Part shown: in pieces, positions 45,436 through 60,437 of the stretch | Layout: every line of letters begins with the position of its first letter | How positions within the stretch are numbered: position 1 is the first letter of the stretch | NCBI GenBank assembly: GCA_951406725.2 | Contig: OX597823.1 | Location: 47,678,001 to 47,742,000 of the forward strand | Length of the DNA stretch: 64,000 nt | Source of the DNA: Octopus vulgaris | Taxonomy: Eukaryota | Direction: 5' to 3' | Program-made: the position numbers and the translations under genes | The notes under the pieces: model-generated | Seen by the model: only the letters and a program-made list of their open reading frames with translations | Database searches by the model: none | What the model was told of the DNA's origin: nothing

Positions 45436-45996
45436 CAGAGAGATAAATAGATTAGATATAGATACAGGAAGAAGTATGATAAGCATGGAATGCAATTTAT
45501 ACCACTGTGGATGCAGAGCAGATATACAGTATACTGCTATGGATCTGCATCCAATTGCACTATGAACTCTCATTACAGAGGATGCAAATAACCACAATGG
45601 CAAACTATGTATAGGGAAGGAATGGTTAAAACAGACATTTACCATACTTTGTATGTCATAACCAATAATACTGTTAAGTACAGTAGTAACCACACCACTT
45701 TGTTGGCAGTAGAATGGATGATGTTGGTCTATGGGAAGCGCTAAATTCAAAGCAGCAGTCGTACATCTACACACAGGAAATATTATACAAATGTGTGTGC
45801 CTGTGTGAGTATATATATAGATATATACACACACACACACATTCATATATATGTATGTATAGCTATATATATATAGATATATATATACACATTCATTTAT
45901 GTGTATGTAGAGCTATTTATAAATACACATATACATGTATATATATATAGATATATGTATATGTGTGTGTGTACACATATACATATATATACGTAT

Positions 45997-46089
<93 letters not shown>

Positions 46090-47804
46090 TATATGCATAC
46101 ATTTATACATACATATATGGCTGTGTGTGTGTGTGGCTGATACGTATATATATATATATATATATAAATACATATATGTTGCCAGATTAAGAAATACTTG
46201 TTTCCTTCTCAATCATTTCAATCAGTTGTGATTCATTCATATTGAATGAAAAATGAAAAGAAAAAAGAAAAAAAGCAGTACACATTGGTCATTTGGTCAT
46301 CAGTTTTGATAAGATAAATTTTGGGGAGAAGAATGAAAAGGAAACTGAAGGTGTTTAGCTGAAAATTAAAAAAGGAAGAGGAACAATTATTCCTGCGTAT
46401 GAATCTAAGAATAGGTGTGTGATCTAAAATGCTTAGTTTAGCTCACTTGTCTCTACTTCAAAAGAAAATATCAGAATCTGGTTGAGAATAAATGTAACTT
46501 ATCATTTGCTGATATCTCTTAGGTTAATGGTTCAATCTAGACATGAAATACTTAAGTTGTATCGTATGATAAATGAAGGCAATTTTCTTAATATTAATTT
46601 GGCACTTCTTTGTGTTAGCACACAGGTTATTCTCATCTAGTGGGGACATCCATAAGTTACTTTAGAATTCTTTCTTCATTCGTGAGACTTTGAAGATACT
46701 CTTACAAAGGAATGAAATTCAGAAGGGATTACCAATAAATTAATAGCCATAAATTGGAAATAATGAAGACATCCTCATCCTAGAAAGAAGTCCTTCATTA
46801 TCGTTTGTGCCATCAATAGCAGCGAAACATTCTTAGTCATATATATTAATCTTCAAAAAGCTTTATGATTAGTGTTATATTTCTAGTTGTTATATATTAC
46901 AGCAAAATCTTTGCTTCAAAAGAATGTAATTATATTTATATTGTTCGCTTCAATTTAATTTCTTAGCTTTGTGCTTCGTATGTTAACTTTACAATATTAC
47001 TCTTGAAGGAAAATATTACTGCCAAGCTAAATCATTTGATATTTGGAGCCAATAGTAAAATACTACAAGAATGATGATATTTTCTAGCGTCTTTATGGTA
47101 AATTACGTAGCTACTCTTGCAAACATGGTTCTTACTTTCCAAAGATTGATTGTTCTCTCAACAAAGAAAATAAAGTGGTATTCACCACAATAAATGATAA
47201 AATAATTTTTATTTAAATTTTGAAGTTTTTTTTTTTACTTTTATTTATTTATTTTTGTAAAAGATGATGTATATGACTTCATGATGTTGCTGCTTTATTC
47301 CTGACATGCTTATTTTGCTAGTGTTTAAGTTTATGTATCAGTCATTTCAAATTTGTATTAATATATTCTTTTGCTTGTTTGTTCATGCCTACACTTTAGA
47401 TTTATCATGACATATCAGGATTTCGCAAAGTCATAGTTCAAAGGAGTACTTTATTTGCTTTACCGGACCTCTTTCAATGAAGACTTCAGACTCTAAGAAT
47501 GTAGTTTTGATAATATTGTAGTTTCTTGTTATTTGGTAATGTAGTTGGATATCAATATTTAGACAGAAATATAAATCTCGGAGAAAACCAGAGAGTCACA
47601 TTAGAATCTGAATTAATTTCAATAGAATATGCTACAAAAGTTTTTGTGCCACTAATATCAACCAACTGACAGAAACAGTAAGTCTGGTAGTATTTACTTT
47701 ACTCCAGATTATTATCAGGATCAAATCAATACCAGTAATATTCTACTAATTCAACTGACCATGTTACTTCTTTACAATGTTTAGTTTTGTTCCCAATCAA
47801 AAGA

Positions 47805-47829
47805 AATCATCATCATCATAATCATCATC

Positions 47830-47860
<31 letters not shown>

Positions 47861-47909
47861 CCATCACCATCACCATCATCATCATCATCATCATCAACAC
47901 CACCATCAC

Positions 47910-47950
<41 letters not shown>

Positions 47951-47956
47951 CAACAC

Positions 47957-48005
<49 letters not shown>

Positions 48006-48045
48006 GTCATCATCATCGTCATCATCATCATCATCATCATCATCA
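47805..48045. repeat. (CAT/CAC)n trinucleotide microsatellite, tail of the adjacent SINE
   Basis: Direct inspection; source of the poly-H/D/M pseudo-ORFs. Confidence 0.9.
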
Positions 48046-49789
48046 CTTAACATCTGGTTGGACAGTTTGACAGAAGTCAAACAAGCTGAAGAGCTGCACC
48101 AGGTTCTGGTTATCTGTCTTGGCTTTGGCTTCTACAGCTGGATGCCCTCCCTAATGTTAACCACTTTACAGACTATACTGGGCGTTCTTTGTGTGGCACC
48201 AGCACCTGTGCTTTATAAATGAAACCAGCAAATGTGCTTCATATGTGGCACCAGCATGGGTGCTTTTTACATGAAATATTAAGTCTTTCCTTTTTAAACC
48301 AAAGCCAGCCATGGAATTAGGCTGTTGTTTACTTTCCTATTTCTAGACTATCTCACAGTGGAGCTTGCAAAATTATTCTCTCTTTTCAATACTGCAGGTT
48401 CTCTATAATTTACCAGTTTAATTCCAATTTCTTTGATCAAGAAAAGTATACAAAAACTAAATTAATAATCAAACATTCATAATATTCTCCAATCTGTTAC
48501 AGGTGTAAAGCATTTAAGGTATTTGTTTTTATTCTCAGTGTGATTAGCTTAGAGTTTGAATTGTAAAATGAGAATTTCACAACAGGAGCAAAGGATGTTT
48601 GTTTGAATAATAAAACCAAAAGTACAACATAGTTTTAACAATTTCAAACTCTGCAAAATAATTTTGAATTATATATTCACTTGAACTTGTCTTATTCCTA
48701 GGGGCGATATATTTCTATTGGTTAATCATTATTGATTAGCATCAACATTTAATGATATTTGTTGAAAAATGTCTAGCATGCATTACAAGAATAGTTTCTT
48801 TTAAAAATTATATTTAAGAAAATGAAAATTCATAAACTGTATTTCATTTTAAACATTAAATCATCTTCATTTATGAATAATCTTTTTAATAGCTGTTATT
48901 GTTGTTTATGTTATTGTTGATATTACAGTCTGATGTTGCCGTTGTTTTTGTTTTTGTTTTGTTGTTGTTGAAGTACCATGAGAGAATTTCAATGTTTACA
49001 GTTCTCTAATTGATTTTCTGGACATTTTCCTTTTGTTTTTATTTATTTATTTATTCTATTCAGCATAAAAGAAAGAAGAAATGGTTTCCAATTCTAAACA
49101 TCATCATTTACAGATATTTATCATTAATTCTTGTAGTTAGCTGTTTGAAAAATAGCTTGCTCCTTCCACAACACCATTTGAAATACTAAACGAAAATTTC
49201 ACCTAAAAATGTAAATTAATGTTTTAATTTATTTATATGTATTTAGCGTATATAACGAATACTTTTTTTAATGACATTTTCAAGTTTTTTTTTCCTTTTC
49301 TTACAAATTCAAACAAAGAAAAAATAAGTAAAGAAAAAAAAAAAGCAACAGCCCCAAATTCTTATTTTAAAAATAGATTAGCTTCATCAGAGTTGGAAAA
49401 ATTAATTACATTGAAATTAATTATAAAACTGATTTATAGTGAGGTTTGGAAAGTACCAGTATTTCATTCTACATAGACATAATTTTTGATAAAGCTTAGT
49501 TTCTTAGTTTCTAAACTAAATCGAGAAAAATCAATAAGTTGAAGTTTTAGGCTATGTTTGTAAACTAAAGCAGTAATGGTTGAGGGAATGTCTGTGTTTG
49601 TATTTGTGTGTATATGTGTGGATATATGTGTGTGGGCATGCAGACTTGGTACATACACCTTTCCTCTTCATGATTGTTTTAAATCCAGTTTGTCAAACTG
49701 GCACACACACACGAACACATTCATAAACTTACACACATACACTCTCTCCCACACATTAAAATATACACATACGTGCTATATTTCATCAT

Positions 49790-50280
49790 CATCATCATCA
49801 GCAGCAGCAGCAGCATTTAACGCCTGCTTTCCATGCCAGCATAGGTTGGACAGTTTGGCTGAGGACTGGTAAACCAGTAGGCTGCAACCAGGCTCCAATC
49901 TGATTTGGTAAAGTTTCTACAGCTGGATGCCTTTCCTAATGACAATCACTCTGAGAGTGTAGCGGGTGCTTTTTACATGACAAGGCACAGGAGCCAGTCA
50001 GAGGGCACTGGCATCAACCACGTTCGGATAGTACTTTTTACATGCCACCGGCATGGGAGCCAGATAGAGAGCACTGGCAACATTCGGATGGTGCTTTTTA
50101 CATGCCATTGGCACAGGAGCCAGTCAGGAGATACTGGCATCAATCATGGTCGCATGGTGCCTTTTACATGCCACCGGCATGCGGAGCCAGTCAAGTGGCA
50201 CTAGCATCGACTCACGCTTGGATAATGCTTATTACGTGCTACCAGCATGGGTGCCAGTCAGGCAGCACTGCCCACAACTA
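49790..50280 (-). mobile_element. SINE-like family with (GAT)n tail, containing about five ~55-64 bp internal tandem repeats; related copies at 40800-40890, 48045-48270, 50380-50632, 52810-52920, 57440-57705, 60100-60355, 63565-63840
   Basis: Shared GGTTGGCGTTAGGAAGGGCATCCAGC.GTAGAAAC and CCATGC.AGCATGGAAAGCGGACG.TAAA.GATGAT motifs. Confidence 0.7.
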
Positions 50281-50924
50281 TGATTATATTTGAATATGAA
50301 TACATATATAAATATATATATACATATATCTATCTATCTGTCTATCTATCTATATATATATATATATATATATATATTCATGACACGTAAAAGCACCATC
50401 CGTTCGTGGCTGTTCGCCAGCTCTGTCTGACACCTGTGCAGGTGGCACGTAAAAAACACCCACTACACTCGCGGAGTGGTTGGCGTTAGGAAGGGCATCC
50501 AGCCGTAGAAACACTGCCAGATCTGACTGGGCCTGACGAAGCCTTCCAGCTTCACAGACCCCCAGTTGACCCGTCCAACCCATGCTAGCATGGAAAGCGG
50601 ACGCTAAACGATGATGATGATGATGATGATGATATATATATATATATGTACATGCACGCACACATACATGTATATCATCATTTAACAACCACCTTTCTAT
50701 GCTTGCAGGAGTAAGATAAAATTTATTGAGGCAGATTTTCTTTGGCTGGATGCCTTTCCTGTCACCAACTCTCACTTGTTTCCAAGCAAGAAAGTATTTC
50801 CCCATGCCCAGATGTTTTCCATGACTGGAAATGAACACCATTACTTCTTTGATGATTATACTTGCTTACAAACATCACATGATGTCATGACAAGGGTACA
50901 CACATATATGTGTGTACATATCTT

Positions 50925-50958
<34 letters not shown>

Positions 50959-50990
50959 CATACATACACACACACACATATACATATATA

Positions 50991-51052
<62 letters not shown>

Positions 51053-51538
51053 GGGAAGGTTTGTGAAAATAAACAAAAGACGAAGGCAGGTTTACGAAAA
51101 TGAACAAAAGACGAAGGCAGGTGGAGTACAAAGAAACAATTGTATTAGTATGGTGCTCAGGAATAGAAATAAAACAAGTCTTTTACGTTTCGAGCCTTCA
51201 CTCTTCAACAGAAAGATACACAGAAAAGAAACAAGGAGAGGAGAAAATTGCCTGTAGGAGCTAACGATCCAACATGACACACACATAGGTACATGGTTTA
51301 ATGGTTAGGCTGTTGTACTAACGACTGCTAGATGATAGGTTCCCTTCCCTGACTGGGCAGCATCTTGTGTTCTTGTGCAAAACACTTGATTTCATGTTAC
51401 CTTTCCGATCAGGGGAGAATGTTGGTCTACTCACCTATCCAGTGGGGTGGTGTCATTTGAAGGCTAAAACAATGCAAAAGTGAATTGTGACCAGTGATGT
51501 GTAACAACATTTGATAGTCTGGTCAGTCACATGTTCAT

Positions 51539-51587
<49 letters not shown>

Positions 51588-52053
51588 TGGTATTCCGTCG
51601 GTTACGATGATGAGGGTTCCAGCTGATCCCATTAATGGAACAGCTTGCTTGTGAAATTAATGTATAAGTGGTTGAGCTCGCCACAGACATGTGTACCCTT
51701 AATGTAGTTCTCAAGGAGATTCAGCGTGACACAGCGTTGATTCTGGTAGAATTTTAACTCAGAAGGTAAAGCCAGTCAAAATGCTGCTTAGCACTTCCTC
51801 TGTCATGCTAATAATTCTGCCAGCTTAACAACAACAACAACAATCATAATCCTTTCTACTATAGGCACAAGGCCTTAAATTTGTGGGGAAGGGATTAGTC
51901 GATTACATTGACCCCAGTGTTTCACTGGTACTTAATTTATCAACCCTGTAAAGGATAGAAGGCAAAGTCATCCTTAGTGGAATTTGAACTCAGGACGTGT
52001 GAAGACAGAAAAAATGCCACCCAGCGTGCTAACGATCCTGCCAGCTCACCGCC

Positions 52054-52107
<54 letters not shown>

Positions 52108-52469
52108 TTGATGCCCTGATGCAGTACCAGGCAGTGGCTCTCATGGCTTCTGGTCTTAACTGATTGGAAGTGTTATCATGTACATTGTTTTATCTTGGTA
52201 TAAAAGATGGGCTACAGCAAATATTCTACTCAATACCACAGATTTGCTTGCCAGTTGTTTAACCATAACCAGTTGAGCATTCCCTTTGTTGCTGATGAGA
52301 TGTGCATCTCTGCTCACATGCAGAAGTTGTGGAGAGCATTATAGCTATGTGTTCAGAGGAATTCTTTGAGGTTTTAATAATTCACCCTTGGAAACATGGT
52401 GCTCTGTTCATCATGCTTAAACAAACCTTATTCAGGGAACTTTTGAGTAACCAGCCATTGGATTACAGA

Positions 52470-52733
52470 GACTATAGAAAGTGCAGGTAAAATGTATCCC
52501 TGTAGCTATAGGTGCATTAGGAACTATCCCTAAAGATTTGAACAGATGGATACAGGAAGCAGGCATAAAAGCTAGTTTAGTACAGCTCCAGGAAACTGTG
52601 TTATTAGGGGCAGCTAAGATGCTTAGGCGGGTTCTTGGCATCAAAAGTTACTTGGTGCCCACTGTTAGGAACTTTTCTTTTCCGACAGTTTAATCTGTTG
52701 TGCATATACGAAATAACAACAACAACAATGATA

Positions 52734-52791
<58 letters not shown>

Positions 52792-52800
52792 TTATAACAA
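52470..52800 (+). mobile_element. 3' relic of an RLE-type (R4/Dong-like) non-LTR element ending in (AAT)n
   Basis: IPVAIGALGTIPKDL..W....GI......LQETVLLGAAKMLRRVL is typical of R4/Dong C-termini. Confidence 0.7.
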
Positions 52801-53431
52801 TCATCATTATCAGCATCATCATTTAACGTCTGTTGTCCATGCTGGCACGGATCGGATGGTTTGACAGGGTTGGCAAGCTGCACCAGACTCCAGTCTGATT
52901 TGGCATGGTTTCTATGGCAAATAATGATAATAATAACGATAATGATAGTGACAGTGATGATGATGATGATGATGATGACAACGACGACGATGATGATGAT
53001 GATGATGATGACAACGACGACGATGATGATGATGATGATAGTTTCTAATATAGGCTCAAGGCCTGAAATTTGGGAAAGAGGTTAGTCAATTACATTGAGT
53101 TGACTTTGGCAGAAATTGAACTCAGAACATAAAGAACTATAAAGAAATACCACTAAGTACTCTGTCTGATGCGCTAATGTGTTTTCCAGCTCACTACTTT
53201 AATAATAATAATAATAATAATAGTTGACAAGAACAGATAGCATAGTACAATACGCTGCAGGTACCAAACTCACTATGCATGCAAAACTCCAGGAGTTCCA
53301 ACAGAACCTGGGGTAAAAAGAAATAATAATAATAATAATAATAATAACAACAACAACAGTAACAACAACAACAACAACAACAACAATAATAATAATAATA
53401 ATGATGATGGGAACTCAACACATGAGAAGAA

Positions 53432-53830
53432 GAAATGTAATTGTAGGATACTCAATAATTGCTATTTGAGTAGTCATTGTCTGCAATATAATATAGTTTA
53501 TAAGTGCACTTATATACTTAAGTCTAAACTTCAACTGAAATATACATAGGGTCTCCTACTGATTTTGAGGGATGCTACTTGGCACATGTTTGTTCATTCT
53601 CTAGTATTAAGTGCAAGACTTCTACATCGTTGGCCAAATATATCAATCATCCCAAAGTTAATTGTATTTCCTATATCTTTTGGTGTGTAATTAAGATTGG
53701 AAGACATTACCAAGGTGGTCACATTGCATGCAATTTCTGCAGGTGGGAATCCCTTAAGATATATGAGAATAAAGATTTTCTCGTTAAACAGTTTGGTGTA
53801 ATAACATTCTGCAAGCATAGCTTTCATTAA
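53432..53830 (+). pseudogene. Penelope-like element GIY-YIG endonuclease relic
   Basis: KCNCRILNNCYLSSHCLQYNIVYKCT ... YIG ... TSLAKYI ... W.VIK....Y......CNFCRWE.L.I ... CKH. Confidence 0.75.
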
Positions 53831-53887
53831 ACATTTTCCTTTTATCAAAGATTGACATACCTCAATCAACTTAGATATCTTTATAGT

Positions 53888-53931
<44 letters not shown>

Positions 53932-54289
53932 CGTGTGTGTATGCACCTTTGTCTAGGTATCATGAGAGGGTGGTAAATGAGCATCGTCTTTGAACAAGCA
54001 CGGTTCCTGCTTCCAGTCTTCCATGAGAAACATGTCTAGCTATGGAAAAATACTGCTTTGTCTGAAAACAGGTGAGGGTTGGCAACAGAGAGGGCATCTG
54101 AGAGTAGAGAATCTGCCATCAATGGAATTTGCACACAGGTAATGTGCTCAGTCCTCAGCTTTCTCCTATTTATTATATTTATTATAATCCTAGAGGAGTT
54201 TAAGACTAACTATACATGGGAACTCTTGTATAACTCTTGTATGCTGATAACCTTGTTCTTAAAAGAAAACCCGTTGAAGAACTGAAAAA

Positions 54290-54690
54290 GTAATTCTAAA
54301 TATGGAATCAAAACCTGAAAGTGAAGGACCTTAAAGCAAACTTAGCCAAGTGTAAAGTTATACAGAGCAGGAAAGAAGACAGAACTCTACTGATATCAAG
54401 CAATGAGCTGTGCTTGATATGCAGAAAAGGGGTGAGCAGAAACTCCAAGTCTAAACTGCCTAGGCTAAACAATGGATGCATGAAACATGCAGTAGGGTCA
54501 CAGGTGAGCAAATAGCGAAAGTAAGATTTATATATGGTAGGTGCGGAAGAGAATTAAGTTCGAAGTAGCTAGAAAATAGTATCTTTCAACTCCTCAGAAA
54601 ACTCCCTTGTTAGTAGTCAATAGTTTCTGCTACCTATCTGACCACATTAACAGTTGGACAGGTGCTCTGAGAGCATAGCCAGAGTAGGAA
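54290..54690 (+). pseudogene. Degenerate non-LTR (RTE-like) ORF fragment
   Basis: KDLKANLAKCKV...CLICRKGVSRNS...VVNSFCYL.D resembles the end of RT and the thumb region; frameshifted. Confidence 0.5.
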
Positions 54691-55617
54691 CCAATTGATC
54701 TCATGGTAAGATATGAACTCTAGATACAAATTCTGCAAAACTCTTATCAATCTTATAACTCGCTCTATGATTTATTATTGTTTGTTTACACTTTTTTGAT
54801 ATCAGTGTCTTTACGATACTGGAAAAAGTATATGTATTTGTGAAGGGAACCTACTTTTCATCGACAACTGTGATTGTCACATGCCGATGACGGGTCAATA
54901 CCCAAAAACTCAAGTCTGTGTGTATCATAGGTTGGAGATGGAAAGGATGGCTTCCCTTTGCAAATACTGATAGGGCACAGAAAGTGTGTGTATAGCCAGC
55001 TGGAGGAGGTGTCCTCCTGGGGCTACAAACTACAGTAGCATCCACCCTTAGAGGTTAGCCATATTTAAATGGCAAATATACGTCACGATGTGTTGCAGCT
55101 ACTGTTTATAACTCGCTCTATGATTTATTATTTCTTATCAATTATATTCTAGAAAGTCTGTATTCTAAACAATGATGAAGAACAGCTTTCCCAAAGTCGA
55201 GTTGATGGGGCAGACTGGACTGGTAAGAGTTAACTAGGAACACCAAGCAGTTCATAAGAGAGGTTATGAACTGTCAAGCTCTGAACTGGAAGGCTAACGT
55301 CTGTTGCTGCAGCTGCAAGTGTGTGTGAGTTTGCACACACACACAAACCTGCACATACACTCACACAAACACACACATACACACGCACATATAAATACAT
55401 GTATAAAAGCGTGTATGTGAGCGTGTGTGAGTGTGTGTGCATGTAATTTGTGTGCGGTATGTATACATATGTTTTATGTATACATGTTTATATAACTTAT
55501 ACACATATAATTAATGTGTACATATTGATCTGTATACATGTATTCATACACATACACGCATGTACATATACATAAAGAAGCACATATATGTATATATATG
55601 TGTGTGTGTATGTATAT

Positions 55618-55675
<58 letters not shown>

Positions 55676-55710
55676 AACACACACAGACACACACAAACAC
55701 ATGCACACAG

Positions 55711-55742
<32 letters not shown>

Positions 55743-55746
55743 TTAC

Positions 55747-55811
<65 letters not shown>

Positions 55812-56108
55812 TATATATATATATATATATATAGATATAGATATATATGCATGTATATACATACAGTATATACGTATATACATATATCAATTTTTCTTCC
55901 ACTTGAAAGCAAATTATTCATTGATTTGTCTGATCCTTTGTTCTGTATAAACAAGCTCTGTTTAAACAGAATAATAGTTTGGCATATGGACTACTACATT
56001 CACAACTACAGTTGCTGTCTGTGTTGGAACCTTCTCCTTCAGAAATATTCCATTCCATCTGGTAGACAATACTTTCACTTATCATATGGATGTGTGTGTG
56101 TGTGAGCC

Positions 56109-56150
<42 letters not shown>

Positions 56151-56214
56151 CACACACATATATATATACATACACACATATATATATAAATATATATATA
56201 CATGAATATATGTG

Positions 56215-56252
<38 letters not shown>

Positions 56253-56311
56253 CATGCGCATATGCGAGGTTTCTGTATTAGATTAGAAGTATATATAGTC
56301 AGAAGGATGTG

Positions 56312-56343
<32 letters not shown>

Positions 56344-57404
56344 CATGTGTGCATGTGTGTGTGCGTTTAGTTATGTACTTGTGTAGCCCTCTGCAAGTGT
56401 GTTTACATGCATATCCATATACATGTGTGTCTGTGTGTGTATATGTGTAGATATATGTATATAATATATGTGTGTTTGTATATATGTATATATGTATACA
56501 CACACAATTATATATATGTACATGTGTTTTGTGTACACGTGTGTGAGTGCATGTGTGTGTGTGTGTGTGTGTATGTCTTTGTGTTGTGTCTTTGTGTGTG
56601 TATATACATTGCGTGCATGTATTCTTTAGTCTGTTACCTAAATGCCTCTTGAAATATTTTTTTGTTTTTGTTTTTTCATCCTTTTCCCTCTGAATATTAT
56701 TTCAGTGATCCACATGTATCTAAACACTGAAATCAATACAAGTAGAAGCAAGACAATGTGTGGAACCATATTTTCTTTGTGATGTATCAAATTCTCCACA
56801 TAAAGGCAAACTTTTCTTTCCTCTTCTTTTAAACATTACAGACATAATCCTGTTAGTAAAATAATAGCTATATTCGACAGATACCTCTTTTTTTATTTGT
56901 GTTTGTTTTTGTTCTTTTTATTTGTGGAGATGGAAAAAGGATACGCTTATGGTACCATTTTTGATTTTTGCTCTTTTTTTTTGTTTATTGTGTTTTTTTT
57001 TTTTTTGGTTTTTCTTTCAGTTTTTGAGTTATTGTGAAGCAATTTTATCTGTATTGAAATTAAAAGGAACCTTGCTTATCACAGAACATAGACTAAAGTA
57101 ATAAGGATTCCCAAAGAAAATATTATTTTGTTTATAATTCAAGATTACAGAATTTTGAAAAGAACATTTTTCGGGATAAATTCACATTCTCTCTTCTCCC
57201 TCCCCACCACTGCCAACACTGTCGCTTCGTACACACATACACTCTCTCTCTCACTCATCCTCTCTCTTTCCCTCCCTTCAAGATTTCAGAATATTATTAT
57301 GCTGTATGATAAACCTTAAACATCACACATACACATATACACACAAATCATATCATTCATATCACATACATATATGTATTTATTATACACTCTCCCAAAC
57401 ACAC

Positions 57405-57447
<43 letters not shown>

Positions 57448-58439
57448 CCATGTAAATGCCACCCATACAACTTGATCATGGTTGTTGGCAGTGCCATCTA
57501 AATGGCACCTGTGAGACATAGTTGTTGCCAGTGCCATGTAAATGACACTCATTACATTCCTGGAATGATAGGCATTAAGAAGGGAATCCAGCTGTAGACA
57601 CCATGCCAAATCAGACTGGAACCTAGTGTAGATCTCCAGCTCATCAGCTTCGGTCAAAGTGTCTAACCTATGCCAGCATGGGAATCTGACATTAAATGAT
57701 GATAAATGATACCTATACATAAGTCCATTATGTATGTGTATATATAATATGTGTGTGTGTATCTCTATATATATACTCTTTTACTTGTTTCAGTCATTTG
57801 ACTGCGGCCATGCTGGAGCACCACCTTTAGTTGAGCAAATCGACCCCGGGACTTATTCTTTGTAAGCCCAGTACTTATTCTATCGGTCTCTTTTGCTGAA
57901 CCACTAAGTGACGGGGACATAAACACAACAGCATCGGTTGTCAAGCAATGCTAGGGGACAAACATATACACACATATACATATATACTTCAGGCTTCTTT
58001 CAGTTTCCATCTGCCAAATCCACTCACAAGGCATTGGTCGGCCTGAGGTTATAGCAAAAGACACTTGCCCAAGATGCCACGCAGTGGGACTGAACCTGCA
58101 ACCATGTGGTTGGTAAGCAAGCTACTTACCACACAGCAACTCCTGCACCTATATATATATATATTTATAAAAAAGAAGTTTGAAAACACCACTATATAAG
58201 ATAAATTTTAATTTTCTTAGAAATTTTACATGTTTCGGTCCTTCTTGAAAAGATGAACCTTATCAAAAATATTTTAGAAAGGTAAGTGTAATAAAAACGT
58301 TCGTAATTGTTTCTTACTGGTCTCAACAGAATCCACGAGGTGGTTTTTTGTGGGGAGTAAGCATAATAGCTGTCTTATGTGTTCAAATAAAACTAAAGAA
58401 TATATATATATATATATATATACACAACTAAAGAAAAAA

Positions 58440-58509
<70 letters not shown>

Positions 58510-59063
58510 AATGGAGATTAACGCAGGTTTAACAGAAAATGACGGATATGTATAGTGATTAACTGAACGCTATTAATGTAGTTTGAAAAAAACGTTATAT
58601 GATATAACGTCAGAGGTAGCCTATAGAAAGAGGAGGGATAAATTAAAGAAAAGCTAAATAAATGAGAAGTATATGACTATATGTATGTTAAATAAAACCG
58701 TATATACTAGGAAAAAATATATTTTTAGTGAATGTGGAATATAAAAAGAAAATTAATGTTTAAATTATATATAATGATAGAGATCACTAGCATGAACTAA
58801 AGGCATGTTTTTGTCAATGTTTACATTGGTATGCACGCTCTATAACCATGTTTACTAGGGGATTTTTATTTATTTATATATTACACAAAAAAATTCCCGT
58901 AAACCCGATTTTTTTACATTTAAAAATAAGGAGTTACAACCTTTTTACATGTGTGATTTTTTGCTACCCTGGTTACTATTTATCTATTTTTTTCCACGTT
59001 AATTGTTAACAAAGGAAAAATACACACATCTATTTATATATATATATATATATACATACACAT

Positions 59064-59104
<41 letters not shown>

Positions 59105-59138
59105 TATACATACATACATACATACATACATACATACA

Positions 59139-59185
<47 letters not shown>

Positions 59186-59460
59186 CAAACAAGGTTTGAA
59201 CATGCAATTTTTAAAGATGTTTATTCACTTGACCGGTTTCACTTTTTTAGAAAAAGATTGTCAAAAGTAAAATGTGAAAGCTTTGTAAAAGCTTTGTTAA
59301 GTACTGGTTGTCACAAAATATTACAATACATATATACATTCTTTGATAATAATAAGAAAATGTTAAAAACAGTTTACAAGGAAAAATCTTGAGAAAATAT
59401 TAAAAAGTTCATTAAAAAATATTAGGATTTCATTAAAAATCATGTTTGTTTGGAAGTATC

Positions 59461-59494
<34 letters not shown>

Positions 59495-60095
59495 CAGGAA
59501 ATTATAAGTTCAAAAAGGCCATATTTGGTGGTATATATATATTCACAGAAGGAGATACATTTAGGATTTTTACAAAGAATTTGAGATGAACTGACCTGTT
59601 TTACCATTTTTCATTTTCTGTGAAGCTAAATAAAGACTGATTACTATTTTAAGGGACAGTGTGGGAGGTTGGTTTGGGTAGGGGAAGGAAGAACAATGTG
59701 GAATTGAAAGGATTCTTTTGTTTCTCTTTCAAGGTTGGTCTTTCGTGGTTCAGTGGTTTGGGGGACTGGTGTTAGAGGTCAGAATAGTGTGAGTGTGTGG
59801 GTGTGTGTGCATATATGCGTTTGTGTACAAACACACATATATATATACACACACACACACACAGGCGCATTCAAACTCATATATATACACACACACACAC
59901 AGACACACACAGACACACACACTCACACCATTCTGACCTCAACGTTTTTTGATGTCCTGTACCCATATATGCATGTATATATACATATATATGTACATAT
60001 ATGTATGTATATATGCAAATATTTATATATTTTTATATTATTATATGATCGAATGCCAAGCATCCTTTTCAAGTAAGTTTTATCTATCTATCTTT

Positions 60096-60136
<41 letters not shown>

Positions 60137-60359
60137 TATCATCATCCTCATTTAGCGTCCGCTTTCCATGCTGGCATGGGTTGGACGGTTCAACTGGGAT
60201 CTGAGAAGCCAGAAGGCTGCACCAGACCCAGTCTGATCTGGCAATGTTTCTACGGCTGGATGCCCTTCCTAACACCAACCACTCCATGAGTGTAGTGGGT
60301 GCTTTTTATGTGCCACCGGCACAGGTGCCAGACGAGGCTGGCAAATGGTCACGATCAGA

Positions 60360-60437
<78 letters not shown>

